Assembly (NCBI GenBank): GCA_965222075.1
Contig: OZ244937.1
Span: 3,520,001 to 3,584,000, forward strand
DNA from: Candidatus Latescibacterota bacterium
Lineage (GTDB): Bacteria; Latescibacterota; UBA2968; GCA-2709665
Reading direction: 5' to 3'
Length of the DNA: 64,000 nt
The notes beneath the pieces are model-generated. The model had not been told where the DNA came from. It ran no database searches and worked only from the letters and a program-made list of their open reading frames with translations. The translations under genes and the position numbers were made by a program. This document shows positions 9,576 through 18,877 of the stretch, one piece after another; within the stretch, counting starts at the first letter, position 1, and the number at the start of each line of letters is the position of its first letter.

Positions 9576-9820
9576 GCTTCGACGGCGTCGGCTATGAACT
9601 TGCGAAATGAGTCGCGGTAATGGGGTTGCGAATCCGCCAGGTCAGGTCGCCACTGACGGGCGGCCATCCAACCCAGAGCAATTTTCGTTGCAGTAACCAG
9701 GTCGGAACCCTCAAGGCGTCTCGGGCCCAGTTCCCGAACTTCTCGTTTATCCTCATCCCATTGTACTTTAACAGGGCCTTCAGTTTCTGTGGGAACCACA
9801 TACGGAGACCCAGACCGCAA
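9572..9820 (-). CDS. Hypothetical short ORF or gene fragment
   Basis: Stop overlaps the next start (ATGA); no recognised motif, poor start. Confidence 0.3.
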   Translation of the reverse strand: MRSGSPYVVPTETEGPVKVQWDEDKREVRELGPRRLEGSDLVTATKIALGWMAARQWRPDLADSQPHYRDSFRKFIADAVEA

Positions 9821-9923
9821 ACGATCTCATCAGAGTCCCCCTGTAGTGCGCCAGGCGTGCGACCCGGGTGTCTGCTTCATACCTGTATGACCGAGTCACT
9901 TGTACTCAAGAGGTAATCGCAGA

Positions 9924-10826
9924 TCACGCCAGATGCTCCGTCCGCAGTTGCCGCGACCAGTCAAAGTACTCGTCCAGCCCCACCAACTCGAATTCATCGA
10001 CAATATCGGCTGCGGTGCGCTCCACAGTCTCGCTATAGATCACCGAAGTGCCCACCTCCCCGGTCGTGACAATGCGCACGGCCTCGCCGTATTGCCGATG
10101 TATATCGTCGAACCTGGCCCGATTCTTGTCGAGATGCACCACTTCATAGTCCAGATTGATGCGCGCTGTGGCCCAACTCTGATAGTTATTGCTCTGAGCC
10201 AGGGTGGTCCCCTGCGGATCAATAATCGTGCAGGGCGTCCCCCTGTACACCGAGCCGACGAAAAAGGCCTGCACATCCAAAGCCCAGAAGTTCTGCACCA
10301 GCCCGCCGTGGTACATGGAACTGAAGAGCAGCAATTTCGGCTTGAGCTTCTTGTACTGGGCCCGCAATTCCCCAAAGTTCAGATCGAAACAGATCACCCC
10401 ACCCACCGACCCGAATTCGGTCCGGATCAGGGACGCGCCTGGACCTGGACGGGTGCCGTGGTCAAACTCCGGGTAGACTGGAATGTACTTGCGGTAGATA
10501 CCGGCTAATTCCCCCTGCCGATCGAGCAGCCCGAGGACATTGAAGACCGCCCCGCTCTTGCACTCCTTCTGATGCACCGGCACGGTGATATAGCAGCTAT
10601 ACGTCCGGGCTAAGCCAGCCAGTAGCTGAGTAGTCGGCCCCTCTGGCACTTCCTCGTCGCAGGTTCGGCAGATGGTCTCGGGCAGGACGATCAGATCGGG
10701 CCTGGTAGCTCGGGCGACCTGCCCCACCAGGTCCTCCAGGTCCTTGTGGGTTTGCTTCATCACCTCCTGGTCCGCTCCGCTGATCGGGGCGTAGGAAATG
10801 CTCGATACGACGATGTGATTGCTCAT
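9924..10826 (-). CDS. Carbon-nitrogen hydrolase family protein
   Basis: DLIVLPE, YRKYIP, ICFDLNF. Confidence 0.85.
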   Translation of the reverse strand: MSNHIVVSSISYAPISGADQEVMKQTHKDLEDLVGQVARATRPDLIVLPETICRTCDEEVPEGPTTQLLAGLARTYSCYITVPVHQKECKSGAVFNVLGLLDRQGELAGIYRKYIPVYPEFDHGTRPGPGASLIRTEFGSVGGVICFDLNFGELRAQYKKLKPKLLLFSSMYHGGLVQNFWALDVQAFFVGSVYRGTPCTIIDPQGTTLAQSNNYQSWATARINLDYEVVHLDKNRARFDDIHRQYGEAVRIVTTGEVGTSVIYSETVERTAADIVDEFELVGLDEYFDWSRQLRTEHLA

Positions 10827-10920
10827 GGGATTTTTCCTTTCGAAAGTCGATCCAGGTTACCTGAATGCCGTGCTCCGCCCTGGCGGGACATTCTGGATTT
10901 GCGCATTTTGAAACAGACCA

Positions 10921-11341
10921 GACCTACCCCCTATCCCCCTTCCTGAGAGGAAGGGGGAACCCGGATCGGTTGATGAGCGGCTGGATTGGCTGAAGTCATT
11001 TCGATTGATGAAAAAATCCAGACGAAATATCGTGATTGGTCAGCATGTTGTGCTTGAGAAAGTAACGAGAAAGCATCCTGCAAGCACGAGGATTGCAAGT
11101 TTTACGTATTTCGAATGTTGAAATTTGCACGAATTTGGATGGCACTCTCCAATCAGTCAGAGCTTATATAAAACAGTGTCGACGCAACGCTTGGTTCAAT
11201 TCCCCCTCTCCTCGCAGGAGAGGGGGCCGGGGGGAGAGGTCCTGCTATAGGTTCGACTCTCTTATTGATACGATCGAGCGCGACCAGGAGGCATGCCATC
11301 GAAAATCCACGAAACCCGCCTTAATAAAAAAAGAAGGGTGA
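10921..11341 (+). pseudogene. DUF559 endonuclease remnant flanked by C/G-run palindromes
   Basis: ATG at 11008, MKKSRRNIVIGQHVVLEKVTR joined out of frame to ILQARGLQVLRISNVEICTNLDG. Flanks cccccttcctgagaggaaggggg and ccccctctcctcgcaggagagggg. Confidence 0.6.
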
Positions 11342-11408
11342 AAATACAGCGCGATCATTTGATTTGCCCTAAGTGCCAATATAGAATGGGACAACTCACC
11401 CTCCGAGT

Positions 11409-11897
11409 TTAATGTCGTATTTTGGGCGGATTGGGAATGTCATCCATCAACTCCATGCGGATGAACTCGAACTCACCTCCGTTCGTCCGATTCATATAGT
11501 GTTCGACTACCCTGAAACCAACGCGTTTGTATACCTTGGCCCGCTTGTTGAAAGCCGCAACGCGAAGCTGGATGGTTTTCGGCGAGAATCGAGATTGCGC
11601 GAAATCCAAACCTGCACATACAAATTTCTCCCCCAATCCTTTCCCCGTCAGATCCGGACGAAGCCCTAAACCAAAATCCACGACGCCGTCTGTGTTCTGG
11701 AACGCAAAGAACCCCACCAATTCTCCTGTGCTATCTCGAACGGCGAACATAGATTCACCCCGAAGCTCGGGATCAAGAAGCTCCGCCAGATCTTCGGGAT
11801 CCGCTTCATAGTCGTAAAAGGCGTATTCACCCTCGTAATGCCAGGAAGCGATCTTTTCAGCATCTGATTGAGTCAGAGGTTCGATATCGAATCGCAT
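11409..11897 (-). CDS. GNAT acetyltransferase (RimJ/RimL-like)
   Basis: GLGLRPDLTGKGLG acetyl-CoA motif, VAAFNKRA.VYKRVGF. Confidence 0.88.
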   Translation of the reverse strand: MRFDIEPLTQSDAEKIASWHYEGEYAFYDYEADPEDLAELLDPELRGESMFAVRDSTGELVGFFAFQNTDGVVDFGLGLRPDLTGKGLGEKFVCAGLDFAQSRFSPKTIQLRVAAFNKRAKVYKRVGFRVVEHYMNRTNGGEFEFIRMELMDDIPNPPKIRH

Positions 11898-11926
11898 TAA
11901 GACAACCCTATAGATTTCCTGCTGGC

Positions 11927-12015
11927 GTATGACGTCCCGGTCACCCGCGATGACCGCGCCCGAATCGCTGGCGATCAGCTTCGGCCGGGTCGGGATTCGA
12001 GGACCGATGTCAGTT
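11927..12015 (-). mobile_element. Degenerate attC-like site with GAC/GTC core (89 bp)
   Basis: Minus strand AACTGAC atcggtc ... gaccgggac GTCATAC. Overlaps the upstream TGA stop; the next gene starts 30 bp downstream. Confidence 0.4.
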
Positions 12016-13431
12016 TTGAGGATCGGGATGGATGTCGGAGGCCAACTCGCGCAGCACCTCGACCGCCAGGAGCACGTCCTCTCTTCGACAGTCGAATTGC
12101 CCGACCTGGAAGCGGATGACGAACTGCCCCTCGTGAATTGTATGCGTCAGGTAGATCCGGCCGTCGTCGTTGACCGCGCGAAGTAGTCGTTCGGTGGCGT
12201 TGCTGGGATTCTCGCCCTCGGGCGCGTACTGGAATGTGAAGAGCGAAAGGCGGCAGTCCGTCGTCACGCGAAAGCCGTCCAGCGATGCAATCGCGGCGGC
12301 GGCCTCCTCGGCCCACGCAATATGGTTCCGGATGCGCTGGCGGAGGTCTTCGAGACCGTGGGCGCGGAGCAGGAACCAGAGCTTGAGGGCCCGGAACCTG
12401 CGCCCCAGGGGGATCGTCCATTCGCTGTAATTGGTAATTTCGGACTGGCCGAGGGTCTGTAGGTAATCCGGATGGATGCCCAGGGTGCGGACCTGCGGTT
12501 CCGGATCCGCGAGAAACTGGATCGAGCAGTCGAACTGCGCGCCGAGCCACTTGTGGGGATTGAAGACGATGCTGTCCGCTTTCTCGACCCCCGACCACAA
12601 CCCCCGTAGCTCGGGGCAGATCATCGCGGAACCGGCCCACGCGGCGTCGACGTGGACGTAGAGATCATACGCTCGCGCCACTTCGATGGCCTGGTCCACC
12701 CTGTCGGACGCGCCGATCGACGTGCCCCCAACGCACAGCACGACGCCGGCCGGAAGGAATCCCGCTGCGCGATCAGCGTCGATCGCCGCGCGGAGCGCCT
12801 CCGGGTCGAGCGCCCAGGAACCATCGGTCGGGACCTTGACGAGATTCCGCTGGCCGATCCCGGCGATTCGTACCGCCTTGTCGATGGACGAGTGGGTCTC
12901 CGGCGAGGCATAGACCCTGAGCTGTTTCTCCCCGGCCATTCCGGAATCGATCCCTCGCCAGCCGAGCGTGCGCTCGCGCATCGTCAGTACAGCGCAGACA
13001 TTGGCCGACGTGGCCGACTCCTGGATAACCCCCTGGAACCCTTCGGGCAGACCGAGCGCCTGGCGCATCCAGTCGACCATCCGTGTCTCAATCTCCGTAG
13101 CCGCGGGCGAGGTCTGCCAGAGCATGCACTGGGCCGCCATCACCGCCGTCAAGTTCTCGGCGATCATCGAAACCGGCGCGGCGTTGGCGCTGAAGTAGGC
13201 GAAAAAGCGCCGGTGTTGCCAGTGCGTCATACCGTCCGGCACAATGCGCTCGAAGTCGGCGAAGATCGTCTCCATGTCTTCCGGCTCTTCCGGCGCCGCC
13301 GCGGGCAGCATCGCGGCGATCTCACCCGGCGCGGTCTGCGCCCGGACGGGCCGCTCCTCCAGCGTGGCCAGGTACTCCGCGCCCCACTGTGCAGCGCGTT
13401 CAGCCCACTGATAGTAGTCTTCTCTTTTCAT
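12010..13431 (-). CDS. Group II PLP-dependent (aromatic L-amino acid-like) decarboxylase
   Basis: GMTHWQH, SPAATEIE, HVDAAWAG, FNPHKWL, LGRRFRALKLW. Confidence 0.92.
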   Translation of the reverse strand: MKREDYYQWAERAAQWGAEYLATLEERPVRAQTAPGEIAAMLPAAAPEEPEDMETIFADFERIVPDGMTHWQHRRFFAYFSANAAPVSMIAENLTAVMAAQCMLWQTSPAATEIETRMVDWMRQALGLPEGFQGVIQESATSANVCAVLTMRERTLGWRGIDSGMAGEKQLRVYASPETHSSIDKAVRIAGIGQRNLVKVPTDGSWALDPEALRAAIDADRAAGFLPAGVVLCVGGTSIGASDRVDQAIEVARAYDLYVHVDAAWAGSAMICPELRGLWSGVEKADSIVFNPHKWLGAQFDCSIQFLADPEPQVRTLGIHPDYLQTLGQSEITNYSEWTIPLGRRFRALKLWFLLRAHGLEDLRQRIRNHIAWAEEAAAAIASLDGFRVTTDCRLSLFTFQYAPEGENPSNATERLLRAVNDDGRIYLTHTIHEGQFVIRFQVGQFDCRREDVLLAVEVLRELASDIHPDPQN

Positions 13432-13452
13432 GGGACGGTATGTACACCTCCG

Positions 13453-13554
13453 CTGCAACGTTTTGCCAGTTTGTGACGGCGGCGGAGCGAAGCGGAGCCG
13501 CTGTGCCGAAGGCCGAAGGAGCGAAGCGACTGAAGCAAAAACTGGCTGTTACAC
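13453..13554 (-). mobile_element. Integron attC site (102 bp)
   Basis: Minus strand GTGTAAC agccagttt ... aaactggcaaaac GTTGCAG; the decarboxylase ATG follows about 22 bp later. Confidence 0.8.
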
Positions 13555-13613
13555 GATGGCGCAGGCCCGGGGTAGTTGGGTGGCCTGCCAGGGATGGCAG
13601 GGGGTTGGTTTTT

Positions 13614-13642
13614 TGTAAGAAATCAACCGAAGGAAGCGTCTA
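13614..13642 (+). promoter_or_regulatory. Putative ECF-type promoter
   Basis: TGTAAG-17 nt-CGTCTA immediately upstream of the ECF gene. Confidence 0.45.
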
Positions 13643-13647
13643 ATAGG

Positions 13648-14214
13648 ATGAACAACGACCCGAGAAACCCCAGAGATCGTTTAAGAATAATGATCGGATC
13701 AGTTATGGCAGATACCAGAGATGAAGCTCTGTTCAAAGATTTGCTGGCTAATCATACAGGTACCATTCTTAAAGTAGCCCGATCCTTTACCTCAACTCAG
13801 GAAGATATGAACGATCTCTCCCAAGAGATTCTCATTCAGCTTTGGCTGGCCATCCCTTCCTACCAGGAACGGTCAAAACCCTCGACGTGGATATACAGAG
13901 TCGCCTTGAACAAGGCATTGACTTGGCAACGTTCCGAAAAGAAACGTTGGGCACGGTATTCTCCATTATCCGAAATCGTGGATGCCAGGATTTCTGAATC
14001 CAATGAAAAACATGAAATTCTTGGTCAACTTTACAGAGAAATCCGTAAACTCAATAAAATCAATCGATCCCTTATACTGTTGTACCTCGATGGGTTCAGT
14101 TACTCAGAGATGGCCGAAACCCTTGGCATGTCCCAGAACAGCGTCGGAGTTCGACTCAACCGCATCAGAAAACAGCTTTCCGAAAATATGAAAGGAGGCT
14201 CCCATGAACTTTGA
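13648..14214 (+). CDS. ECF RNA polymerase sigma factor
   Basis: DLSQEILIQLW, STWIYRVALN, LYLDGFSYSEMAETLG, VGVRLNRIRKQL; start at 13648 or 13705. Confidence 0.9.
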   Translation: MNNDPRNPRDRLRIMIGSVMADTRDEALFKDLLANHTGTILKVARSFTSTQEDMNDLSQEILIQLWLAIPSYQERSKPSTWIYRVALNKALTWQRSEKKRWARYSPLSEIVDARISESNEKHEILGQLYREIRKLNKINRSLILLYLDGFSYSEMAETLGMSQNSVGVRLNRIRKQLSENMKGGSHEL

Positions 14215-14821
14215 GGATATCACTAAGATCTGGCAGTATCAGACGAATGAGGCGATTCTAATCAGAAATGAAGCAAGTCTTTTAGATGAAGTACGCAAAC
14301 AATATCGTAGGGGTAAACACTGGCTGATCGGGTTGAACCTATATGTACTGATTGTAGGTGTACCTGGCCTCTGTTTTCTCGGCTGGCTGGGGCTGAAAAC
14401 ATGGCCAAACTTCAAAGCCGTATTTCCAGTTGCATTCGGACTTCTTTTCACAACAGTCATACTTACCCTTTTTGTTTCAACCCGACGACAAAGAGTTCGC
14501 GAGCAGAGCTTTGGGAGTTCAGTAAAGGCCAGGATTGAATGTTTACTCTCCCAAGCTAATCACTGGGTCTGGTTACTTCAAGCTTACCTCAGGTGGATCT
14601 TTCCTGCTGGAATCACCGTATGGATCTTGGGCGTGACATGGTGGGGATTAGTCAAAGGACTCCCACTTTGGGGTACTGCTTATATTCTTTTCTGTTCACT
14701 TGGATTCTGTGCGATATACTGGTCTTTTCAACGGATTTACCAAAAGAAATTCCTTCCTCGCAAGCGAGTGCTCGAAGACCTGCTTCGCAGCATCGAAAGC
14801 ACTGGCGAGCACGATGCATAA
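14204..14821 (+). CDS. Multi-TM membrane protein, putative anti-sigma factor
   Basis: Overlaps the ECF stop; MNFEDITKIWQ N-terminus, about 4 hydrophobic helices. Confidence 0.7.
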   Translation: MNFEDITKIWQYQTNEAILIRNEASLLDEVRKQYRRGKHWLIGLNLYVLIVGVPGLCFLGWLGLKTWPNFKAVFPVAFGLLFTTVILTLFVSTRRQRVREQSFGSSVKARIECLLSQANHWVWLLQAYLRWIFPAGITVWILGVTWWGLVKGLPLWGTAYILFCSLGFCAIYWSFQRIYQKKFLPRKRVLEDLLRSIESTGEHDA

Positions 14822-14895
14822 ACAGACTCCTATGACATTTACTTTCTGTTTTTAGGCGGGCCAGGACGGCCGCCTTTGTTTTGGCCTGCGCTTTC

Positions 14896-14984
14896 GTGTA
14901 ACGTTCCCGCAATTCACGAAGCTGCGTAGCAGCTTTGTGGCGTAGGGCGCGAAGCGACCGGAGCCCGTGAATCGCGTGTTAAGC
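14896..14984 (-). mobile_element. Integron attC site (89 bp)
   Basis: Minus strand GCTTAAC acgcgattcacg ... cgtgaattgcgggaac GTTACAC. Confidence 0.82.
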
Positions 14985-15036
14985 GCTGGTACGGCGCGGG
15001 GTGGTTATGGTCTTCCTCGCCCGGCCGAGAGCGCGC

Positions 15037-15420
15037 TCAGATATCTATCCGGTAGTCCAACGTGGCTTCGTCCCCTGTCATGCCGCGGAAACCCCAATTA
15101 CCGGCCGGAGTCTCGAAGAGCGTGATCTCTAGATCAATCGGTGCAATCCCCAAATTCTCCCCTATGCGCTTGAACAAAAGGTGGATCAGTTTCTTCCTGA
15201 CTTCTGCTGACCGTCCCTCCATTAGAGAGATCTCAATCACCGTGTACGCATCCGTACGTCCCTCCGGATAGTAGAAGTCTTCAGCATCCATTGGGATGAA
15301 GCGATGTGCTCGTTTATCGGTCGGAAATGAGAGGGCGTCAACCATACATCCGTTGATCACATCGGATAGCTTCGCCTTTATCGGATCCAGATTTTGCCTC
15401 AGACCGTAGACTCGAATCAT
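15037..15420 (-). CDS. Tautomerase (4-OT/MSAD-like) family protein
   Basis: KRAHRFIPM, YTVIEISLMEGRS, ITLFETPAGNWGFRG; SD ggag before MIRVYG. Confidence 0.8.
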   Translation of the reverse strand: MIRVYGLRQNLDPIKAKLSDVINGCMVDALSFPTDKRAHRFIPMDAEDFYYPEGRTDAYTVIEISLMEGRSAEVRKKLIHLLFKRIGENLGIAPIDLEITLFETPAGNWGFRGMTGDEATLDYRIDI

Positions 15421-15497
15421 GCGGGTTCTCCGTTCTGGCGAATGTGACGGCCTAGCACGCGACGCCTGCGTGTTTGGTATATCGATGCCGCACTTGC

Positions 15498-15566
15498 ATT
15501 TAACTACGGCATTAGCGAACAGATGCAGTGATACAGTCCAGACCTGGATATTGCCGAACGTTCGGG
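15498..15566. mobile_element. Possible additional attC-like palindrome
   Basis: ATTTAAC tacggcatta ... tattgccgaac GTTCGGG; orientation ambiguous. Confidence 0.3.
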
Positions 15567-15830
15567 AACATTTCGCTTTGGAAGTGTTTAGCCCGAACAT
15601 GTTCAGAGATGCTTCCTATGGTGGCATCGTCATCATCCATAACCTGCCTCTTTTTTGGCAATTATTGCATCCAACGGCCTTCGTACTTATGCGAAATCCC
15701 GATTCGTAACCCATGTATAGATCTGTGCTGATATGCAAAAAAATGATCCGGAGACACAACGCGCATCTTCGGACACGTCAAACAGCCTGCCCAACTTTTT
15801 CTGCTGATTTCTATGTCGCTCTTAATACCT

Positions 15831-16616
15831 CTAAAGCTTGCCCTCCACAAAATCCAGGAACATCGGATTCCCCACCGTCACCCCCCCGTCCGCCACAATC
15901 GTCGCTCCGGTCACAAACGACGCCTCGTCCGACGCCAGGAAAAGCGCCACATTGGCAATCTCCTCCGGCTGTCCCACCCGCTGTAGAGGATACACCGTTG
16001 CCAACCGATCTAAAAGCTCCGGGTCCTTTTCCAGCGCCGGCTGCCAGGTATCGGTCGCAATCGTCCCCGGGCAGATCGCATTCACCCGAATGCCGTCCGG
16101 CCCGTAGTCCACCGCCATCGTCCGCGTCAGGGCGATCACCCCCGCCTTCGCTGCGCTGTACGCGCTCTCTCCAAACGACATCAGCGCATTCACAGAAGAA
16201 ATATTCACAATCGATCCGCCCTTCCGCTGAAACATCTGCGGAAGCGCCGCCCGGCTGCACAGGTAGGTGCTCTTGAGCACCCCTTCGATATTCCGGTCCC
16301 ACAACGCCGGCTCGACCTCCAGCACGTGGGTGCCCTTGCAAAAGTAGGCGTTGTTCACCAGAACGTCCAGCCCCCCAAATTGCTCCACCGCCGCATCCAC
16401 CGCCCGCGTTACATCCTCCTCAGCTGTCGCGTCGCCCACCACCAGCGCAGCCTCGCCCCCCGCCTCCCGGATCTGTGCCACAGCCGACGCCCCTCGCTCC
16501 TCGTTCAGCTCTAAGATCACCACCCGGGCGCCCTCCTGCGCAAACCGCACCGCCGTGGCCCGCCCGATGCCCGCGCCCCCCCCGGTAATCCAGGCAGTTT
16601 TATCTTTCAGCCTCAT
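15831..16616 (-). CDS. SDR-family oxidoreductase
   Basis: TGGGAGIG, LVNNA, YSAAK, RVNAICPG. Confidence 0.92.
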   Translation of the reverse strand: MRLKDKTAWITGGGAGIGRATAVRFAQEGARVVILELNEERGASAVAQIREAGGEAALVVGDATAEEDVTRAVDAAVEQFGGLDVLVNNAYFCKGTHVLEVEPALWDRNIEGVLKSTYLCSRAALPQMFQRKGGSIVNISSVNALMSFGESAYSAAKAGVIALTRTMAVDYGPDGIRVNAICPGTIATDTWQPALEKDPELLDRLATVYPLQRVGQPEEIANVALFLASDEASFVTGATIVADGGVTVGNPMFLDFVEGKL

Positions 16617-16652
16617 TGGACACACCCCTCACTCTGCCTCGTCTCCTGCCGC

Positions 16653-17042
16653 TCAATATAGCGCTCTCCGGATCTTTGGAATCGTCTCCGGATCGTACAC
16701 CGCCCGCTTCCCCGCCCGGATCTCCAGCACCTCCGCCAGCGTCTCCGACGCCCGCGCAACCAGATCCGCCAGATTGACCCCCCGCTGGCACGGCGGAAAC
16801 CCTTCCAGCTTCTGAATCCCCCGCTCAAGCAGGTGCTCTGCGCCGGGATAGTTCTCACACGTCAGGTGGTAATATCCCACCGCCACCTGAACCAGCCCCT
16901 GAAAAAAAAGCCGCTCCTGTCCCCTCACCTCCATCCAAACCTCTTCGAGTGTATCGTGACACTCAAAAAAGGCCTCATCGTTGAACTCGACGATGCCCTT
17001 CTCCAGCCCTGCTTCCACGTTGACCTCCGGCTCTTCAACCAT
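16653..17042 (-). CDS. DUF309 family protein
   Basis: FNDEAFFECHDTLEEVW, FQGLVQVAVGYYH. Confidence 0.88.
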   Translation of the reverse strand: MVEEPEVNVEAGLEKGIVEFNDEAFFECHDTLEEVWMEVRGQERLFFQGLVQVAVGYYHLTCENYPGAEHLLERGIQKLEGFPPCQRGVNLADLVARASETLAEVLEIRAGKRAVYDPETIPKIRRALY

Positions 17043-17078
17043 CCCACCCTCCTATCACGATCCGCCGTCCCTCCGACC

Positions 17079-17140
17079 GGGCGGACGGCTGTCCGCCCCT
17101 GCATCAACCCGTCCGTGGTCATCGGTGGTCATCGGTAGTT
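17079..17140. repeat. REP-like palindrome followed by decamer tandem repeats
   Basis: gggcggacggctgtccgcccc, then gtccgtggtc atcggtggtc atcggtagtt. Confidence 0.55.
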
Positions 17141-17663
17141 ACTTTTCCCTCTCCCTCAAATAAACCTCCCGCCGCCTGATGTACCACTCCGCATTCTTCC
17201 GAAGCTGGGCCACCTCCGCCGCCGTCAATTCCCGCCTCGGCTTGGCCGGCACACCCGCCACCAGCGTCCGGGGTGGGATCTCCATCCCTTCCGGCACCAG
17301 GGCATTGGCCGCCACCAGCGCCTCCTCGCCCACGCGGGCCCCGTTGAGCACCGTGGCCCCCATCCCGATGGTTGCCCCCTGCTCGACGGTGCACCCGTGC
17401 AAAATGGCGCTGTGCCCCACCGTCACAAAATCCTCCACCCTGCAGGGATATCCCGGATCGGTATGCATCACGGTCCCGTCCTGCACATTCGTCCCCCGTC
17501 CGATCCAAATCGGCTCCGCATCCCCCCGCAGAACCGCGTTAAACCAGATCCCCGCCTTCCCACCGATCTCCACCCGCCCGATCACCGCCACGCCATCGGC
17601 TAAGTAGGCCGTCTTGTGGATGCGAGGGCTTTCCCCTTCAAATGCCAGAATCGTCATGCCCAC
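17139..17663 (-). CDS. Gamma carbonic anhydrase family protein
   Basis: IWFNAVLRGD, TNVQDGTVMH, TVGHSAILHGC hexapeptide repeats. Confidence 0.92.
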   Translation of the reverse strand: MGMTILAFEGESPRIHKTAYLADGVAVIGRVEIGGKAGIWFNAVLRGDAEPIWIGRGTNVQDGTVMHTDPGYPCRVEDFVTVGHSAILHGCTVEQGATIGMGATVLNGARVGEEALVAANALVPEGMEIPPRTLVAGVPAKPRRELTAAEVAQLRKNAEWYIRRREVYLREREK

Positions 17664-17666
17664 CGC

Positions 17667-18722
17667 CTACTCCTTGGCCTCTTCCTGCTCGCCCTTCTTT
17701 CCCTTCGCAGGTGAAAGCGGCCCCAGCACGAACTCCTTAGACCCCCGGGCAGATTCAGAGCCGCGCATCAGCCCTACGATAAAGCTGGCAGCACCAAAGA
17801 TCGCCGCCAGGTACAGCGCCGTCTCCTTGACCGAACCGCCCGCCTGCCAGGCGGCGAGCGCCCCCATGAGCGCCCCCGAGCTCGCGCCCCCCAGGCCCGA
17901 CATCACAGCCGTCCGCATTGCGCCTGTCCCCCGGTCTCCCAGCGTGCGCAGCCGGTCGATCTCCTCGACGGCGACCCGCCGCGTATCCAGATCGGTCTCG
18001 ATCAGGATCTGGCCGTTTTCATAAATGGGCACCAGTTCCCCCCGGATTACATTTCCATTCTTCAGCACCAGCTGTCCCGGCACGCGCCGACCCACCCAAA
18101 ACCGGAGGGCCCGCGTCTCAAAAGAGATCTCTTCATCCGTATACTTGGGGTAGTCGGCGTCCTCGGCAATCCTGGATATTTTGCCGATCTTATACTTTCC
18201 CTTCTGGATCTCTTCAAAGTGCTCGATATATTCCCGCAGCAGCCGCAGATCGTTGTCGTCCCTCATCGGAACCATCCGGTCCTCCAGCCTGGGCCCCGAC
18301 CGGTAACGGATCTTCACCCCGGGCTTCCCATCCGACCGCTTCAAAAACATCGCCGATTGGAACCCCGGCACCGCCATATTGAACAGCCTCAGATCGATCT
18401 TCTGGTTAAACGCATTTCTCCCATGAAACATGGCAAACCGATTGCTTTCTTCCAGATTGATCTCCCGGCCTACCATCGGACTCACCAGCACCAGCGTCCC
18501 TGTCACCTTCCGGATGTCTACGATGGCCCACCCATCATCCCCCCGACCGACAATTTTCCGTACAGCCCGTGTTTTCTCCCCCTTCCCCTCTCCAGCCTCC
18601 TTCTTACCCTCAGATCCTCCTCCATCCTTCGTATCCTCCTCCGCCCATACCCTCCCCGTGGCGACAAAGCTGCTCCACACCAGACAGAGTACCGTAGCCA
18701 AAATGACTGTTTTTTTGAACAT
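17667..18722 (-). CDS. Hypothetical exported protein with C-terminal TM helices
   Basis: Signal peptide MFKKTVILATVLCLVWSS; glycine-zipper-like C-terminus. Confidence 0.65.
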   Translation of the reverse strand: MFKKTVILATVLCLVWSSFVATGRVWAEEDTKDGGGSEGKKEAGEGKGEKTRAVRKIVGRGDDGWAIVDIRKVTGTLVLVSPMVGREINLEESNRFAMFHGRNAFNQKIDLRLFNMAVPGFQSAMFLKRSDGKPGVKIRYRSGPRLEDRMVPMRDDNDLRLLREYIEHFEEIQKGKYKIGKISRIAEDADYPKYTDEEISFETRALRFWVGRRVPGQLVLKNGNVIRGELVPIYENGQILIETDLDTRRVAVEEIDRLRTLGDRGTGAMRTAVMSGLGGASSGALMGALAAWQAGGSVKETALYLAAIFGAASFIVGLMRGSESARGSKEFVLGPLSPAKGKKGEQEEAKE

Positions 18723-18848
18723 AATCCACCCCTCTTGAGATTGGCATGTCCTCTTTTCCCGGCGCGAACTCAAAACTCAATTTACAGTAGTCGCCCGATA
18801 GAGTCAAGCCCAACACACGAGGGCCGCGCCCAAATCTCACATTGTAAC

Positions 18849-18877
18849 CGAACCGTTTCGCCCCTATCTTACGTCTA
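18849..18877 (+). promoter_or_regulatory. Putative ECF-type promoter
   Basis: GAACC-17 nt-CGTCTA, 140 bp upstream of the ECF fusion gene. Confidence 0.5.
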
